From Arsenophonus sp. ET-KM2-MAG3 (lineage in GTDB: Bacteria > Pseudomonadota > Gammaproteobacteria > Enterobacterales > Enterobacteriaceae), in NCBI GenBank assembly GCA_052174135.1, contig JBQMRZ010000004.1, forward strand, positions 203,410 to 267,409: a stretch of DNA of 64,000 nt. The letters run 5' to 3'. The notes beneath the pieces were generated by a model. It made no database searches and was not told the origin of the DNA. It worked only from the letters and a program-made list of their open reading frames with translations. This document shows positions 60,399 through 64,000 of this stretch, piece by piece (within the stretch, counting starts at the first letter, position 1; every line of letters begins with the position of its first letter). The position numbers and the translations under genes are program-made.

Positions 60399-61390
60399 TG
60401 ATTGAAAAAATATGGTTAGGTTATTCATGTCTATATCTTTTCCTTTTACCATTATCGATATTTTATGGTATAGTTGTTGGATTAAGACGACTTTGTTATA
60501 ATTTAGAAATCTTTTCTAGTTGGAAGTCACCAATACCCGTTGTTGTTGTGGGTAATTTAACTGTTGGTGGTAATGGTAAAACACCAGTTGTTATTTGGTT
60601 GGTTGAACAACTCTTATTAAGAGGTTATCGTGTTGGTGTTGTATCCCGTGGTTATGGTGGTAAAGCGACTTCTTATCCGTTACTAGTAGATAAAAATATA
60701 TCAATAAATGAAAGTGGTGATGAACCTGCTTTAATTTATCATCGAACTGGAGTACCGATAGCAGTTGCTCCTAAACGAGTAGAAGCAGTTAAAATGCTTC
60801 TCAAACAAAAAAAATTAAATATTATTATTACTGATGATGGTCTTCAGCATTACATCCTTCAAAGGGATTTTGAGATTATTGTTATTGATGGTATCTTACG
60901 TTTTGGTAATGGTTGGTTATTACCTGCTGGTCCCTTACGTGAATGTAAATATCGTTTAAATACTGTTAATATTATTATTACCAATGGCGGTATAGCTGAG
61001 TATGGTGAAATTGGTATGCAGTTAATCGGTGATATTGCCATAAATATGTTAACTGGTGAAAAAAGATTTGTTTGTGAATTAAAACAAATTGTTGCAATTG
61101 CAGGGATTGCACATCCATTACGTTTTTTTTCAAGTCTTGAGCAAAAAGGAATTTTCTTAACTTCAACACATGCTTTTTCTGATCATCAACATTATAAGCT
61201 TTCTAAATTAAAAAATTTAGTGACTGATCATGAATCATTATTAATGACTGAAAAAGATGCAATAAAATGTTTTCATTTTGCTCAATCAAACTGGTGGTAT
61301 TTACCAATAAACGCTAATTTTTCAAAGTTAGATACAGAAAAAATACTTTCAGCTATTACTGGATTAATAAAATTTAATAAAAAAACTTAA
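60398..61390 (+). CDS. lpxK: tetraacyldisaccharide 4'-kinase
   Basis: The 330-aa ORF reads MIEKIW.., [34 protein letters not shown]. Its ATG overlaps the msbA TAA in the sequence TAATG at 60396-60400. Confidence 0.93.
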   Translation: MIEKIWLGYSCLYLFLLPLSIFYGIVVGLRRLCYNLEIFSSWKSPIPVVVVGNLTVGGNGKTPVVIWLVEQLLLRGYRVGVVSRGYGGKATSYPLLVDKNISINESGDEPALIYHRTGVPIAVAPKRVEAVKMLLKQKKLNIIITDDGLQHYILQRDFEIIVIDGILRFGNGWLLPAGPLRECKYRLNTVNIIITNGGIAEYGEIGMQLIGDIAINMLTGEKRFVCELKQIVAIAGIAHPLRFFSSLEQKGIFLTSTHAFSDHQHYKLSKLKNLVTDHESLLMTEKDAIKCFHFAQSNWWYLPINANFSKLDTEKILSAITGLIKFNKKT

Positions 61391-62034
61391 AATAAAGAAA
61401 ATTTAATTAAAAATCTAAAAAATATCTTAAATGATATTGTATATTAATTATTATGGATTTTGTTTAATGGATTTTAATAATTAAAAATTTAATTTTTTCA
61501 AAATTACTTGATATTTAAATAAATTCTAGATAATATAATTAATATCATTAATTATAGACTTTTAATGTGAAATATACTTCCATTAAATTAATTATATTAA
61601 AAAAATAGTTTTTCTTGAAGATCAAATAAAATATGAAGAGTAAAGAAAAGAATTCTCACCTATTAATTTAAAAATTTTTTAAAATTAAAAATATAAATAA
61701 GTATATAAAATAACTTTATATGAACTAGTTATCATTTTTTTATCTTTTTGATAAATAATAAATAATATATTTATATTGATTATCAAATATTTTGCAAATA
61801 ACAATAAATAAATAATTAAAAAATAATATAATATTGAATTTTAAACTTAATGTTTAAATTAATATTATTTAATCACTAGTTTTTATTATTTAAATATTTT
61901 AAGATCTACTTTTTAGGTGTTGTTGTGATTTAGTAGATTTTTGATAAATATGTTTTATAGCGGATATTAAATTAACGATAATAGATATTTATGTTATTCT
62001 ACTTGAATTATAAACTACTTTTAATGAGAAAAAT

Positions 62035-62214
62035 ATGGATTATCGTTTACTTGATATTATTGCTTGTCCTATTTGTCATGGAAAACTTATTTTTGATAAA
62101 CAAAATTTAGAACTTATTTGTAAATTTGATCATATTGCTTATCCAGTTCGTAATAACATACCTGTATTATTAAGAGAAGAAGCTCGACAGTTCCCCTTAA
62201 ATGAAGAAAAATAA
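62035..62214 (+). CDS. ycaR: Trm112-family small zinc-ribbon protein (UPF0434)
   Basis: This 59-aa ORF is absent from the supplied track because it is under 60 aa. It reads [59 protein letters not shown], against E. coli YcaR MDHRLLEIIACPVCNGKL..ELICK.D..AFP.R.GIPVLL. It sits in the conserved position upstream of kdsB. Confidence 0.85.
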   Translation: MDYRLLDIIACPICHGKLIFDKQNLELICKFDHIAYPVRNNIPVLLREEARQFPLNEEK

Positions 62215-62215
62215 T

Positions 62216-62971
62216 ATGTTTACAGTAATCATTCCTGCTCGTTTTACTTCTAAACGTTTACTTGGTAAACCATTAGTTGATATTCATGGAAAACCTATGA
62301 TTATTAGAGTGATGGAAAAAGCAATAATGTCCGGTGCAACGCGCGTTATTGTTGCTACCGACCATCAGGCAATATTTGATACAGTAAAAGCGGCTAATGG
62401 TGAAGTATATATGACTAGTGTTGATCATAAATCAGGCACTGAACGATTAGCAGAGCTTATTGAAAAATATAAATTTCCTGATGAAGAAATTATTATCAAT
62501 GTTCAAGGTGATGAACCTTTAATTCCACCAGAAATAATTAATCAATTAGCTAATAATCTTTCATTAAATAACGTTAATATGGCGACATTAGCTACTCCTA
62601 TAAATAGTCAAAATGAAGTATTTAATCCAAATATTGTAAAAGTAGTGATAGATAAACAGAGTAATGCTTTATATTTTTCTAGGGCTTCTATTCCATGGGA
62701 ACGTGATCGATTTTTAATAACTAAAACAGAAATTTTGAAATATTTTTTACGTCATATAGGTATTTATGCTTATCGTGCTCATTTTATTCGTCGTTATATT
62801 CAATGGTCAATAAGTCCATTAGAAAAGATAGAAATGCTTGAGCAGTTGCGCGTACTATGGCACGGCGAAAAAATTCATGTTGCTTTAGCGCTCAAAACAC
62901 CAGGATTAGGAGTGGATAATCAACAGGATCTTAATGTAATTCGTAGTAATATCTTAGCTGATAAAAATTAA
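62216..62971 (+). CDS. kdsB: 3-deoxy-manno-octulosonate cytidylyltransferase (CMP-KDO synthetase)
   Basis: The ORF is collinear with E. coli KdsB from [10 protein letters not shown].. ([45 protein letters not shown]). The start is set at 62216 to match the homologue. ATG 62201, overlapping ycaR by 14 nt, is the alternative. Confidence 0.93.
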   Translation: MFTVIIPARFTSKRLLGKPLVDIHGKPMIIRVMEKAIMSGATRVIVATDHQAIFDTVKAANGEVYMTSVDHKSGTERLAELIEKYKFPDEEIIINVQGDEPLIPPEIINQLANNLSLNNVNMATLATPINSQNEVFNPNIVKVVIDKQSNALYFSRASIPWERDRFLITKTEILKYFLRHIGIYAYRAHFIRRYIQWSISPLEKIEMLEQLRVLWHGEKIHVALALKTPGLGVDNQQDLNVIRSNILADKN

Positions 62972-64000
62972 AATTATATTATTTTTTTAAAAAAAATTGC
63001 TCTATTAGATAGAATCGAGTATTAGAGATTAAATATTATCAACGTTATTGATAGATATAATAAGCAAACAAATTCATACTAATTACATTTAAATATCAAA
63101 AAAATAAATTGATAAGAAAATTTCTTGAAAAATTACAATGTTAAAGTTATGATAAATTGATTTATATATAAAATAATTATTTTGTATATTTTAAAAATAA
63201 AGAATTTTTTAATATGTACTATATAGTTACTTAAAATCGCTGATAAAAGTTGACCAAAATGATTTTATTTTAAAAATATTTTTTATTTTTTTTTTTAATT
63301 TAGTGAAAGTTGTTTTTTAATATTCTTAACTTTAATTTTAACTTTATTTCTACCTTAATTTTATTTATTATATTACGATCATTATCGTAACTAAAGTTAC
63401 TTTAATATTCAGATATTAAAAATAAAAGAAATACATTTTCATCATATAAGCAAATTATTATAAATAAGAATAATGTTTATTTTTTATTTTAGGATTATAG
63501 GTAATTTTTTATTATTTAAATGCATGGAATATATTAATGTCTATTAAGTTATTTTAATAATATAAAATTCATAGTACTCTTTAATTTTAAATTCTTTTAT
63601 AGAAAAAATTTATCTAAAATAGATATGAGTTTAATAACAAACCTATTTAATTAAATTAAAAAAATAATATTTATCGTTGTTTTTAGTAATTAATTATTAA
63701 AATTGTATTTTTAAAATAAATAATTTTATATCATATTGCAATCTTAATGACATTACAGATAAGTTTGTAAACATAAAAAATATTGTGTAGATATAACTAA
63801 ATAAAAAAATGTTTAGCTATTATTTAGTGAAATTTAACTTTTATTTAAGTTATTATTCAGTAGTATGTTAAAGATATTTAATATGAAAATATGAAGAATG
63901 TTTTTAAGACAATTTACTTTATAGGATATTAAATTATTGTTCATTATATTTAGAAAAATGGTTAAATTTTTCATATTTCATTCAAGAGATATTGTTTAAT

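Noticed and set aside
1-64000. CRISPR arrays, IS elements or transposases, integrases, prophage genes, toxin-antitoxin or other defence or secretion systems.
   Set aside because: There are no regularly spaced direct repeats with unique spacers, no ORFs with transposase, integrase or phage-like motifs, and no terminal inverted repeats flanking an ORF. All intact ORFs are core housekeeping genes. The repeats found are single-copy palindromes.

Overview
This is a 64-kb chromosomal segment from an extremely AT-rich, Enterobacterales-derived bacterium. Gene content and local gene order are E. coli/Serratia-like. It has the hallmarks of an insect endosymbiont in mid-stage genome erosion, resembling low-coding-density co-obligate symbionts such as Serratia symbiotica of Cinara aphids; that identification is not verifiable from here. 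I can support 29 intact housekeeping CDS, about 45 % of the window: aroH (3' end only), guaBA, dapE, lysO, ybjG, sdaC, gpmA, pepB, ndk-rlmN-rodZ-ispG-hisS-yfgM-bamB-der, hemF, ptsHI, serC-aroA, cmk-rpsA-ihfB, and msbA-lpxK-ycaR-kdsB. I see no rRNA, tRNA, CRISPR array, IS element or transposase, prophage, or recognisable defence or secretion system. The remaining ~35 kb lies in 13 ORF-free deserts of 0.6-5.8 kb with very low G+C. The main result of the hunt is that these deserts are not featureless. Wherever E. coli-type synteny predicts the lost neighbour, the desert read in a single frame still carries collinear residue anchors of that protein. This holds for xseA, yffB, sdaB, iscS-iscU (probably the whole isc operon), amiA, crr and cysK. 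The fossils are saturated with stop codons but have almost no net length change. The second signal is a set of long perfect AT-rich palindromes embedded in the fossil DNA, with arms up to 32 bp. All reference protein sequences were recalled from memory, so every fossil call needs a frameshift-aware alignment to confirm it.
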